Positions 37,901 to 46,303 of a DNA stretch of 64,000 nt are shown in pieces. Below the pieces are notes generated by a model. It was not told where the DNA came from and ran no database searches. It worked only from the letters and a program-made list of their open reading frames with translations. The DNA is from Legionellaceae bacterium UBA6148. GTDB lineage: Bacteria; Pseudomonadota; Gammaproteobacteria; Legionellales; Legionellaceae. The first letter of the stretch is position 1. Every line of letters begins with the position of its first letter. The stretch spans positions 197 to 64,196 of the forward strand of contig DIUW01000061.1 in NCBI GenBank assembly GCA_002423125.1. The letters run 5' to 3'. The translations under genes were made by a program, and so were the position numbers.

Positions 37901-39819
37901 GGATTGGAGATATGGCGGGCGATGTATTCGGAAATGGGATGTTGTTATCCAATCATATACAATTAGTTGCTGCATTTAATCATATGCACATCTTCATTGA
38001 TCCTAATCCTTCTGCAGAAATAAGTTTTAATGAGCGTGTTCGTTTATTTAATCTTCCTCGATCAAATTGGTCTGACTATGACCCCAAGCTTATCTCGAGT
38101 GGGGGAGGGGTGTTTAATCGTAATGCAAAATCAATCGCAGTATCGCCTGAAATGAAAATAAGGTTTGATATTACTGAAGATGTGATAGAGCCCAATGAAT
38201 TAATTCGTTATGTGTTGAAGGCAAATGTTGACCTGATGTGGAGTGCTGGGATTGGTACCTTCGTTAAATCAGAGCAGCAAACGGCTCTTGAAGTTGGAGA
38301 TCGCACAAATGATGCCATTCGTATTAATGGATCTGAATTACGATGTAAAGTGGTTGGTGAAGGTGGAAATCTTGGCTTAACGCAATTGGCGCGGATAGAA
38401 TATGCATTGAAAGGCGGCCAGATTTACACTGATTTTATTGATAATTCTGCAGGGGTTCATTGTTCTGATAAAGAAGTGAACATCAAGATATTATTGAATC
38501 AAATTATTGCGAATGGGGATTTAACCGAGAAGCAGCGAAATACGTTATTGAGTGAGATGACGGATGAAGTGGCGGACTTGGTACTTCGTGAAAATTATAT
38601 GCAACCGCGATCCATCAGTCTTACTGAAGCGCAGGCAGGACGATTAGTCGAGTTACATGGTCGTTATATGAGTGAGTTAGAACGTCTTGGAAAATTAGAT
38701 CGTGAACTTGAATTTTTGCCTAATAATCAAATGATTGCGGAATGTCGTTTACAAGGAAAAGGTTTAACTGCTCCTGGAATCTCAGTGCTCCTTTGTTATA
38801 GTAAAATAACACTAAAAGAAGATATTCTTGCTTCTGATGTCCCTGAAGAACCTTTTTTAAATAGTTTGTTAGTGGGTTCTTTTCCAGTCCCTTTACAAAA
38901 ACGTTTTAGCGAACAAATGCAACATCATCCTCTTCGTCGAGAAATCATCGCAACTCGATTATGCAATCTTATTGTGAACGAGATGGGGTTTGGTTTTGTC
39001 TATCGATTGCAGGATGAGACGGGTGCTTCAACTGCAGCAATCGTTCGCGCTTACATGATTGCTAGAAATGTACTTAATATGGACATCATCTGGAAACAGA
39101 TTGAAATGCTGGATAGCCGGGTTGATGTTCAGCAACAGCAGAGTATGTTAATGACGTATGTTCGCTTGGTTCGACGTGTTACACGTTGGTTCCTGCGTAA
39201 TAATCGAATGAAGATTGATATGTTCGAAGCGACGAAAATTTATTCGCATGGAATAGAAGAGCTCAAAAATGCCATGCCCTCTATTTTCAGTAAAGACACT
39301 CGCATTCATTATGATGTACATTTAAAGGCCTATCTCGCGTTGTCTGTTCCGCAGGCATTGGCTCATGAGCTAACCATTACTCCAGGCTTATTTGCTGCGG
39401 TGGATATCATTGAAGTGGCGCATGAACAGAACATGAGTGTAAGTGAAGTGGCTAAAGTTTATTATGGAATTGGAGAATACCTTGATTTAAATTGGATCCG
39501 TAGCCAGGTCATTTCTCATCCTACTGAAAATCATTGGGAAGGGTTGTCACGAGAAGCATTGCGTGATGATTTAGATTGGCAGCAGCGATTATTAACAGCT
39601 GGTGTGGTGCGTCTTGTATCTCATGGGCATGATCTTATGGATCGATTTGATAAGTGGTCTCAAAGTCATGACGCATTGATCGAACGATGGCGCACGGTGT
39701 TGGCGAATTTGCGTTCGAGTTCAGTACTCACATACACGATGTTTTTTGTAGCAATACGCGAACTTTTAGATTTGACAGAAACGACCATACAGGAATCTGA
39801 AAATAACAGGGAGAGATAA
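34948..39819 (+). CDS. gdhB: NAD-specific glutamate dehydrogenase, large (about 180 kDa) class
   Basis: 1623 aa with blocks typical of Bac_GDH: RGGLRWSDR, VPSGAKGGFV, VVAADKGTATFSD, GIGDMAGDVFGNGML, VGEGGNLGLTQ and DNSAGVHCSD. Confidence 0.95.
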   Translation: MSYKFEEGKDAIIDAIINKSKLQKGNIKQEVFAEFVRQFYGTVALEDLQAWSVEDLYGAVTHYLSLIQQRAPKEIKIRIYNPDFERHGWQTTHTVVEIICDDMPFLVDSIRMVLYRMNIGLFLSVHMGALRVERNHDNEVVRIVPRHAQPNDSIVLEAVIFLEIERQTDPAILSVLQKDLERVLEDARAVFDDWISMREKVRELVVELDHPPKTLLKTEVEETKAFLNWIEDHHFTFLGLRDYELIEKDNETILQAVPHTSLGVLRKESSKTHPRNVSLMAPEARELIMSSHILVMSKTNMEATVHRNAYTDYIGVKRFDSNGKVIGERRIIGLYTSAAYNTNPKHIPFLRNKVSQIMQSSQLSPQGHAGKVLLNIIDTLPRDDLIQAPEEDILEIAMGIFYMQERRRIRLFTRVDIYRRFISCLVYVPKDIFNSDLRKAMQDVLSERMHAQSISFSTLFTESALARIHFMVRINPDVKEDYDFKEIERQLVEVGRSWRDDFQNLLEEEFGEEAGNRLFVKYKNSFQTGYLANFSPRVALFDIKHIEALSKENGLGINFSSTLEEGLDRYRLKIYRHDSTIPLSDVLPILENMGLRAISERPYVLTLVDGKETWINDFALQYDRPEKFNLDDIQALFQNAFTRIWFGFAENDGFNKLVLAAGLDWRQVTVLRTYAKYFKQIGFIFSQDYIESALNNNPSIARKLANLFELRFNPAKIKNGEKQFNKLVSEIFTDLDQVVNLDEDKIIRQYVHGITASTRTNAYQVHESKEPKQCISIKLDSKTIPGIPRPCPMFEIFVYSPFFEGVHLRCGKVARGGLRWSDRKEDFRTEVLGLMKAQQVKNAVIVPSGAKGGFVPKQLPLDGTREEIQAEGIRCYKQFIRGLLDITDNYRDGVVCKPDSVICYDEDDPYLVVAADKGTATFSDIANEISLEYGFWLGDAFASGGSVGYDHKKMGITAKGAWESVKRHFYELNIDINTTDFTVVGIGDMAGDVFGNGMLLSNHIQLVAAFNHMHIFIDPNPSAEISFNERVRLFNLPRSNWSDYDPKLISSGGGVFNRNAKSIAVSPEMKIRFDITEDVIEPNELIRYVLKANVDLMWSAGIGTFVKSEQQTALEVGDRTNDAIRINGSELRCKVVGEGGNLGLTQLARIEYALKGGQIYTDFIDNSAGVHCSDKEVNIKILLNQIIANGDLTEKQRNTLLSEMTDEVADLVLRENYMQPRSISLTEAQAGRLVELHGRYMSELERLGKLDRELEFLPNNQMIAECRLQGKGLTAPGISVLLCYSKITLKEDILASDVPEEPFLNSLLVGSFPVPLQKRFSEQMQHHPLRREIIATRLCNLIVNEMGFGFVYRLQDETGASTAAIVRAYMIARNVLNMDIIWKQIEMLDSRVDVQQQQSMLMTYVRLVRRVTRWFLRNNRMKIDMFEATKIYSHGIEELKNAMPSIFSKDTRIHYDVHLKAYLALSVPQALAHELTITPGLFAAVDIIEVAHEQNMSVSEVAKVYYGIGEYLDLNWIRSQVISHPTENHWEGLSREALRDDLDWQQRLLTAGVVRLVSHGHDLMDRFDKWSQSHDALIERWRTVLANLRSSSVLTYTMFFVAIRELLDLTETTIQESENNRER

Positions 39820-39821
39820 CA

Positions 39822-40376
39822 GTGAAAAAATTAGTCGTTGATTCGTATTCTAAAGGTTCAAAATGGCTGCATTGGATAGTTGCAATGATTGTGATGGCTA
39901 TGTTGTCATTTAGTTTTTTTCTAGGAAATGTGCCGGAACAATATCAATCGACTGCTTATATGATCCATAAATCATTAGGATTAACGGTTCTTTTTTTAAT
40001 GTGTGCCCGTCTTTTTTGGATTGTTCGTACGGGTAGACCCGAATTGCCGTTTACTGTTTCGACATGGGAGCGGGTTTTAACGCGAGTTGTTCAAACCAGC
40101 ATGTATCTTTTGTTGTTCGCTATGCCTATTGTTGGTTGGGTCATGTCAGTTGCCGCAGGTAGAACCCCAACCTATTTTGGTTTATTTGATGTGCCGTTAC
40201 CAGGAATACCCATTGATAAACAATTATCGCATACCATGGGAACTGCTCATTGTACGATTGCGTGGATTTTGATAGTACTGATTTCCTTACACATTTTAGG
40301 GGCCTTGAAACATTATTTTATTAATAAAGATAGGATATTGCATCGAATGTTAGGTGATTTTCGAAAGAACGTTTAA
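39822..40376 (+). CDS. Cytochrome b561 family protein
   Basis: 184 aa four-helix membrane protein with conserved His positions (KWLHWIVA, MIHKSLG, AHCTIAW, LHILGALKH). GTG start 2 nt after the gdh stop, with GGGAGAG upstream. Confidence 0.8.
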   Translation: MKKLVVDSYSKGSKWLHWIVAMIVMAMLSFSFFLGNVPEQYQSTAYMIHKSLGLTVLFLMCARLFWIVRTGRPELPFTVSTWERVLTRVVQTSMYLLLFAMPIVGWVMSVAAGRTPTYFGLFDVPLPGIPIDKQLSHTMGTAHCTIAWILIVLISLHILGALKHYFINKDRILHRMLGDFRKNV

Positions 40377-40751
40377 GGTTCGATGTTGGGTTTGTGTGAG
40401 TTGATCATTGAATACGATGAGGCGCTTTTTGGAGTTATTGCTTGCAAGCAGTAACAGCAGAAAAAAACCACCATCAAAACGAATATCAACGGTGGTCACT
40501 TTCATTTGGTGCCCATCGTGATATTCAAGCATCCAAAACTTTTGATGATACGTTAATTTTTTATAGTGTGGTTGAGATGATTTAGTGTATAGCAGTGATG
40601 CGCCAAGTAGGATTAAAAAGAATGTAATCATGAGCGAATCAAGGGCTGAAAGCAACAGAAGCCCGCCAGCTGCCATATGAACCAGCAGGATACATCGTAA
40701 AAAATCGTTGGACTTATTAAATGTGATACTGAAGTCGGATAAGGGCAACAA
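40350..40751 (-). CDS. YgfX-like inner-membrane protein (CptA-type partner of SdhE)
   Basis: 133 aa with two hydrophobic helices near the N-terminus. Lies immediately downstream of, and overlapping, sdhE, as in the E. coli ygfY-ygfX pair. Start codon uncertain. Confidence 0.55.
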   Translation of the reverse strand: MLPLSDFSITFNKSNDFLRCILLVHMAAGGLLLLSALDSLMITFFLILLGASLLYTKSSQPHYKKLTYHQKFWMLEYHDGHQMKVTTVDIRFDGGFFLLLLLASNNSKKRLIVFNDQLTQTQHRTLNVLSKIT

Positions 40752-40977
40752 TGTCGACTAACTCCTGTTTTAAAGGCACTCCTTGTCCCATTAGCCAGTC
40801 ATTAATCTCAGGGTCAGAGTAGGTAAGTAATTGCTCAAAAGCGTCCAGTTGTTTTGCATTGAGATTTTCAATATGGTTGTTTACGAAACGATTTAAAATT
40901 AAATCAAGTTCAAGCATCCCTCGACGACATTGCCATGTTAATTTTGACTTGAGTGCATGAGAGATCACAATAACCAT
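40717..40977 (-). CDS. sdhE: FAD assembly factor SdhE (YgfY/CptB)
   Basis: 86 aa with the signature WQCRRGMLELDL. Confidence 0.9.
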   Translation of the reverse strand: MVIVISHALKSKLTWQCRRGMLELDLILNRFVNNHIENLNAKQLDAFEQLLTYSDPEINDWLMGQGVPLKQELVDIVALIRLQYHI

Positions 40978-41172
40978 CCGTAATTTTAAAAAATAAATGG
41001 TACACCATATCGATAGTAATCACCAGGATGTGAACGAGTAGAGTGCAGGGTAGAGACATTTTGTTTTTCATCATAGAGGAAATATTTGCTTATTGGTGCT
41101 AATATTATACATGAAGATGATTGGCAGCACATTAAATTCGATGTACTGTTTACTATTTACAAGGAGTTTTAA

Positions 41173-41469
41173 ATGAAAACATTAATCGCTTTTGCATTCG
41201 GTGTTTCTTCATTGTTACTCAGTGCGAATACCATGGCATATGGACCTGTAACCGATATAGTGAATGGAACAGGCAAGGTTGTTAGAGGCGTAGCTACGGG
41301 AACAGGTTACGTTGCTGGTGGAGTCGTTCGAGGCACAGGACATGTGGTCGGAGGTGTGGCTAGAGGAACGGGTCATGCTGTCCATAGTGTGTCTCATGGC
41401 TTCCGCACCGGATATCATGGAGGACATGTTAATCGTTATGGTGCTCATAACAGAGGGGTTAGAAGATAG
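41173..41469 (+). CDS. Small secreted Gly/His-rich protein built from four 11-residue (33 bp) tandem repeats
   Basis: AAGGAG RBS and signal peptide MKTLIAFAFGVSSLLLSANTMA. Repeats GTGKVVRGVAT / GTGYVAGGVVR / GTGHVVGGVAR / GTGHAVHSVSH are encoded at 41266-41397. Basic, His-rich tail. Confidence 0.7.
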   Translation: MKTLIAFAFGVSSLLLSANTMAYGPVTDIVNGTGKVVRGVATGTGYVAGGVVRGTGHVVGGVARGTGHAVHSVSHGFRTGYHGGHVNRYGAHNRGVRR

Positions 41470-41540
41470 TATAGTAACGTAATAAGCCTGGTTGGCGTAC
41501 ACCCGTTTGGTAATGGATGTGTGCGTCAACGGGGGTTTAA

Positions 41541-41590
41541 CCTGGAAAAAACAGTTGGAGGCGTAGTGGCCTTCAACTGCTTTTTCCAGG
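41541..41590. terminator. Bidirectional-type intrinsic terminator between the miniprotein gene and queF
   Basis: The arms cctggaaaaaacagttggaggc and gccttcaactgctttttccagg are 22 nt each with 2 mismatches. The core stem at 41552-41579 is followed by CTTTTTCC. Confidence 0.65.
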
Positions 41591-41613
41591 TTTCATATCT
41601 GGAGTTAAATAGA

Positions 41614-42471
41614 ATGACTGAAACATTGGTTGCAAAGTATCAAACCAGTCCGCATAACACCGAACTCGGTCAAGTATCTAGCTATGATCCGCATTATAAT
41701 CCGAATCGATTATATGCAATTCCGCGTGCGAATAAGCGCGAGGAAATAGGCATTGATCCTAAATGTTTGCCGTTTTATGGGTTTGATTGTTGGAATCATT
41801 ATGAAGTATCTTGGCTTAATGAAAAAGGCAAACCAGTCGTCGCGATAGCTGAAATTATATACGGCTGTGATACCCCTTATTTAATCGAGTCAAAATCATT
41901 GAAGTTGTATTTTAACTCATTCAATAATACAACCTTTAAAGATCACGATGAAGTGCGGCATACCGTTGAAAAAGATTTAGAGGGTTACTTAGAAGGGGAC
42001 GTTTCAGTACGGATATTTTCATTAAACCAAAAGCAGTTGTCCATGATTCAGCCTGCATTTACAGGTGAGGGTTTAGACGATCTCGATATTACGTGTACGG
42101 TTTATAGTGTAGAACCTACTTTTTTAAAAGTAGACGATGAAACGGTTGCAGAAACATTATATTCCGATTTATTGAAATCAAATTGTTTAGTAACAAATCA
42201 ACCTGACTGGGGTAGTGTCCAAATAGTTTACAAAGGCAAGAAAATCAATCGCGAAGGTTTATTGCAATATCTTGTCTCGTTTCGTAATCACAATGAATTT
42301 CATGAGCAATGCATCGAACGAATTTTCGTAGACATTATGCGCTACTGTCAGCCAGAGTCCCTTTCTGTTTATGGCCGATATACTCGCAGAGGAGGGCTTG
42401 ATATTAACCCTTATCGCTCAACATCGAGGGTTGATCCTTGTGGGTTAAATCAGAGATTGGTTAGACAGTAA
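41614..42471 (+). CDS. queF: NADPH-dependent 7-cyano-7-deazaguanine reductase (two-domain type)
   Basis: GGAG lies 9 nt before the ATG at 41614. QueF motif ESKSLKLYFNSF, catalytic-region TNQPDWGSV and C-terminal FHEQCIERIF. Confidence 0.9.
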   Translation: MTETLVAKYQTSPHNTELGQVSSYDPHYNPNRLYAIPRANKREEIGIDPKCLPFYGFDCWNHYEVSWLNEKGKPVVAIAEIIYGCDTPYLIESKSLKLYFNSFNNTTFKDHDEVRHTVEKDLEGYLEGDVSVRIFSLNQKQLSMIQPAFTGEGLDDLDITCTVYSVEPTFLKVDDETVAETLYSDLLKSNCLVTNQPDWGSVQIVYKGKKINREGLLQYLVSFRNHNEFHEQCIERIFVDIMRYCQPESLSVYGRYTRRGGLDINPYRSTSRVDPCGLNQRLVRQ

Positions 42472-42532
42472 TTCATTCAGCGCCACCCCATGAAAAAAAT
42501 CCGTTGTCTTTGAGAATAGCGTAACGTGCTTC

Positions 42533-42611
42533 CATTTTCTCTTTTCCCAGAGATGGGGAGAAGGTGCCCGTAGGGCGGATGAGGGGATTTTCAATTCGTT
42601 ATTTGATGTTG
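42533..42611 (+). repeat. REP-like element, copy A
   Basis: Over atggggagaaggtgcccgtagggcggatgaggggatttt, 39/39 positions are identical to copy B. Its stem is an imperfect version of ccttctcccca/tggggagaagg, and it ends in ttatttgatgttg. Confidence 0.85.
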
Positions 42612-42676
42612 TGGGGTATGTGGTGCTATGAATAAAGTTCATATTATGCAATAATTATGTCCTTGTTAATTATTTT

Positions 42677-43171
42677 ATGTCTTCTAATATGAAAATAAAA
42701 GCACTTTATTTAATAATCACTATTCTTTTCCCTATTTCATTATTGGCTAACACCGTGACTTGCCCTTTATCAAGCGGAATCAATGTACACACAACAAAGC
42801 GAATATTAGCGATTTGTAAACGCGGGACTGTTGTTAAGACGTTTAGAGTCGCTCTTGGATATAAAGGTGTCGGTAAAAAACGCAGGGGAGATAATAAAAC
42901 TCCGATTGGTCTGTATGGGTTAGCTCAACCAAGAAAATCCACTCAATTTAAAGTCTTTATTCCCATTCTTTATCCAACTTCAAATCAGTTGGCTAAAGGA
43001 TATACCGGCCGAGATGTAGGGATCCATGGCCCTACTCAGTCAACATTGAATTGGTTTAATAACTTACCAAGTGCAACGCGAGGTTGCATTGCTGTTGGAC
43101 AAAATAATTATATTGAATATGTCGCGAATTGGGTAAAATCAAATCCTGGAACTAAAGTTTTAATTATTTAA
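42677..43171 (+). CDS. L,D-transpeptidase family protein (small, YafK-like)
   Basis: Signal peptide, GDNKTPIGLYGL, ILYPT and the catalytic-type motif VGIHGPTQS...ATRGCIAVGQNN. Confidence 0.8.
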   Translation: MSSNMKIKALYLIITILFPISLLANTVTCPLSSGINVHTTKRILAICKRGTVVKTFRVALGYKGVGKKRRGDNKTPIGLYGLAQPRKSTQFKVFIPILYPTSNQLAKGYTGRDVGIHGPTQSTLNWFNNLPSATRGCIAVGQNNYIEYVANWVKSNPGTKVLII

Positions 43172-43181
43172 ACAATTGCCC

Positions 43182-43261
43182 AATTTTCCCTTCTCCCCAG
43201 AAATGGGGAGAAGGTGCCCGTAGGGCGGATGAGGGGATTTTGAATACGTTATTTGATGTTG
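43182..43261 (+). repeat. REP-like element, copy B (archetype)
   Basis: Perfect 11 bp stem ccttctcccca (43189-43199) / tggggagaagg (43204-43214) with a GAAA loop, followed by the conserved tail gtgcccgtagggcggatgaggggattttgaatacgttatttgatgttg. The tail supplies the last 4 codons (CNIK) and the stop of the 43249-46233 gene. Confidence 0.9.
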
Positions 43262-46233
43262 CAGGTGCTTTGAGATGTATTGGACGAGGTCAGTGCTGGA
43301 GGACTATCACTGTCACTCGCAGTAGGAATCATCTCTGGCCACAATTCAAAATAAGGAAACAATGGGCTTTGATTCAAATTCGGTAGCTGGTTTGGAGTGG
43401 GGAGGATTTTTTTATTCAAGCGCCGCGGTGTCTCGGTCGTCAGTATTTCAACCAACTCATCTACGGAGAACCCTGAACGTCGCCTAGGAGAAAAAAATCG
43501 GTCTGCTGCAATTTCTTGGCATCCCTTTTCAAACTCACCGTCAAGCTCTGTTCTCATTTTTTCTTCCTCAATACAGAGCATTGTTTTTTGATCCTCAGCA
43601 AGTTTGTCTGCGATTATTTGCCAATGATTCTGTTCTTCCGTTATAAGATCAACTCTGCGCCATTTTTCTTCTACCACATGATCTTGACGCGCGGCAGTCA
43701 ATTTTCGTAACCATGCTTTTTTTAGTTGATGCTGTTTCGCCTGCTCTTTTTCTAAGTGTTCCAGCGATTGACGCCATTCTTTAAAAGGTTCCCTCCAAAA
43801 CGATGACCACTGACGAATAAGTTCTTTTCGCGCATCTTGCTCAGGCTTATTAATACTTTCACGAGCCTTTTCAAAAGCTTTTTTTTGTCGCTCTATTGCT
43901 TGATCACGAAATAGTTCACTTGCAGTTGTTGCGGCAGTGGCAACTGCAACACTAACGTTTTTCTTTTGATTGAGGATATAAGGTTTTGCCCATCCCAAAT
44001 CACACAAGATTTTTTCCAACTCAAGTGCCTTGGCTTCACGCGGTTTATTAGGATCCCAGGGCGAATTACGATCACGCGTGAGATTCCATGCTGATGCCAA
44101 CATCGTTGGATTATGTTGCAAAGCGTGCAGTTGCGATAGAACAAGTTTGACGGAATCAACGGTATTGTTATTTAAATGGATGTAGTAAACTGCATTTGAT
44201 TGCTCATGTTGCGAATGCTTTGGCGTAATAATTTTTATCCATGATTTATCTCGAGTAAGTCTAAAAATAGAAACGCCTCCAACCTCTTCCAAATGACCTT
44301 GTGAATCAAAATTGCCGTGATAAATACTGTCTTCCGCGAAATCATTGTTTTTAGATCGATCATATTTCCATTTGGTGCCCTTATAGAGCGTATCTTCTCG
44401 CATTAAACCAATATGACGCTCCATCAAGCACTCATTGACATAATATTCGATTTCTACTTCGGTATTAGGATCTGGAACAGGCATCTTAATGCCTCCGCTC
44501 AGTAAGCGTCGGAGTGGGTTGCTATCACGAGGAAGTGACGTTACGGTTTGGTTTTTTTTTATGACAAATGATGCGCCGCCGTCTTTTTTAAAAAAAGATA
44601 ATCGTCCAGAAAAAAGGTTCGTTTCGGGGTTAAATGTACCGTCAAATTGGATACACAAAAACTTATCCAATGTCACACTGATTTTCCCATTCAGGAAGGT
44701 ATAGTGTGGACCGTTTTCTTGTTCAATTTGCGCAAAATCGCCGCTTTCAACGCGTACCAGCGTCATATTTTTCTCATAGGGTATGCTGGTGCTCATTGTC
44801 CCGGTCCATACGTTTGAGGACTCCTTGGGAGCTAATTGAATCGTCTGTTTTTGGGAGTTACAGTATCGCGTCATTAATTCACCAAGTAATTTCTCATTAA
44901 CTTGCGCCGGACATCCCTCAAAGTATTGGTTGTGAATAAAAGATGCTGCCTTAGTGGTTGGTTTCCATGGAAAAGCCCAACGTTCCTCGAGCAATAATTT
45001 CTCGATGTCCGAAACATACCTAAGCACTTCTTCGTGCTTGGGTATTATTTCAGAAGTCGCGCCGGAAAGCTTACTTACAGGCATCCATGATCCATCGGGT
45101 GCTCTTGATAGATTCCATAATTTAGTCGCGGCACCATTTGTTATCGAGAGCATCTTGCTGTTGGAGCTGTGAAGCGCTGTAATGGAAAAGACGACCTTTT
45201 GTGATAATTGTACTAAAAAGACCTTTACGCGCTCTTTTGATCCTGGACTACAGGGAAATCGTACCAAAAAAGAATTCGCATCAACGAGTTTATCAATCTC
45301 TATATTATTGACATCGGGTCTTTCTCCTGTGGAAAAACTACCGATGGAAAGCTCTATAGGAAGCCTTCCTGATGAGTAAGAATAGTTATATTTTTTTCCT
45401 TCCGAAAGGACTCCATTGTTCAGCATTCCTATTCTTCGCTCCAATATCTGGTTCGGCTGATTTTTACTGTAAACAATATGCTCCGATGCGCCGATCATTT
45501 GGCCTGCAAAGCAGTCTTGAAACTCTCCTCTTAGAGTGGATGCGGTGGGTTCGCTATCAATAAAAAACTCCCGATCACCTTTTATCAACTTGCTTTTGTA
45601 ATTTTCTGAGTCGGTGATTTCAAAGAGTCCTGATAGTTTTACATGGCCTGTGCATCCAGTCGGGTTGATCGTATTATCAATAAAATAAATTACATCTATT
45701 CCTGTAAATCGGTGATGATTCTCCTCTTGTATTGTTTCTTGGAGGCGGGACAAGATTTTCTCACCAGTTCTTGTTAGGAGATAGGTTTTGATGATAACAG
45801 GTTGGCCATTTTTTACTGAGAAAAAATAAGTGCTGTTACCTATTGGTCGACGTTCAAATGATATTTCTGGAATTTTATACTCCCTCATTATCGGAGTAGA
45901 ATCACTAGAGGAAGGTTTGTACGTACTGACCGCCCCTCGAAATACATGCTGATCATAATCAAACTGTCCGCTTAATTCATATTGAGGGATGTCATTGATG
46001 GTCAGCCTGATATGCCCAAGTATCAATAGGTAGGGTTTTGTCTTATCAATATGATTGGGAATCAACTGTCCTTTTTCAGTTAATACGGCCAAAGTTGTGC
46101 CGTTAGTATCTACAAAAGTAGTCACCACTGTTCCTGAAACAACTTGGCCATTTTCATATTCTTCATTGAGTAAAATGGAAGATGATTGTCCATTTAAGGA
46201 ATTTATTTGCTCGGGGTTCAAAAAAATAAACAT
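43249..46233 (-). CDS. Giant hypothetical protein (about 994 aa) with two tandem copies of a roughly 370 aa beta-rich module, a charged coiled coil and an S/T/P-rich tail; candidate effector, distant paralog of 29245-32466
   Basis: AAGGA lies 8 nt before the ATG at 46233 (MFIFLNPEQ). An alternative GTG at 46266 exists. Internal duplication: ERRIGMLNNGVLSEGKKYNYSY vs ERHIGLMREDTLYKGTKWKYDR, and KLWNLSRAPDGSWMP vs SAWNLTRDRNSPWDP. Confidence 0.8.
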   Translation of the reverse strand: MFIFLNPEQINSLNGQSSSILLNEEYENGQVVSGTVVTTFVDTNGTTLAVLTEKGQLIPNHIDKTKPYLLILGHIRLTINDIPQYELSGQFDYDQHVFRGAVSTYKPSSSDSTPIMREYKIPEISFERRPIGNSTYFFSVKNGQPVIIKTYLLTRTGEKILSRLQETIQEENHHRFTGIDVIYFIDNTINPTGCTGHVKLSGLFEITDSENYKSKLIKGDREFFIDSEPTASTLRGEFQDCFAGQMIGASEHIVYSKNQPNQILERRIGMLNNGVLSEGKKYNYSYSSGRLPIELSIGSFSTGERPDVNNIEIDKLVDANSFLVRFPCSPGSKERVKVFLVQLSQKVVFSITALHSSNSKMLSITNGAATKLWNLSRAPDGSWMPVSKLSGATSEIIPKHEEVLRYVSDIEKLLLEERWAFPWKPTTKAASFIHNQYFEGCPAQVNEKLLGELMTRYCNSQKQTIQLAPKESSNVWTGTMSTSIPYEKNMTLVRVESGDFAQIEQENGPHYTFLNGKISVTLDKFLCIQFDGTFNPETNLFSGRLSFFKKDGGASFVIKKNQTVTSLPRDSNPLRRLLSGGIKMPVPDPNTEVEIEYYVNECLMERHIGLMREDTLYKGTKWKYDRSKNNDFAEDSIYHGNFDSQGHLEEVGGVSIFRLTRDKSWIKIITPKHSQHEQSNAVYYIHLNNNTVDSVKLVLSQLHALQHNPTMLASAWNLTRDRNSPWDPNKPREAKALELEKILCDLGWAKPYILNQKKNVSVAVATAATTASELFRDQAIERQKKAFEKARESINKPEQDARKELIRQWSSFWREPFKEWRQSLEHLEKEQAKQHQLKKAWLRKLTAARQDHVVEEKWRRVDLITEEQNHWQIIADKLAEDQKTMLCIEEEKMRTELDGEFEKGCQEIAADRFFSPRRRSGFSVDELVEILTTETPRRLNKKILPTPNQLPNLNQSPLFPYFELWPEMIPTASDSDSPPALTSSNTSQSTCNIK

Positions 46234-46303
46234 CACTTTTTTCCTTACAATGTTAGAGTTGAGCACTTGATTTGGTGCGGCTTATTTGCGGTGCGTTTTA
46301 AAC

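Noticed and set aside
41266-41397. The regular 33 bp tandem repeats were considered as a possible CRISPR-like or VNTR array.
   Set aside because: There are no unique spacers between the repeats, and the units are in frame inside a plausible secreted-protein gene. No CRISPR array or cas gene occurs anywhere in the window.
41215-41529. 104 aa minus-strand ORF antisense to the Gly-rich miniprotein gene.
   Set aside because: The plus-strand ORF has a strong RBS, a signal peptide and an in-phase 33 bp repeat structure. The antisense ORF is a by-product of the repeat and has no start context.
42445-42651. 68 aa minus-strand ORF after queF.
   Set aside because: It is a translation of REP copy A (APSPHLWEKRKW). 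It overlaps the queF 3' end and has no start context.
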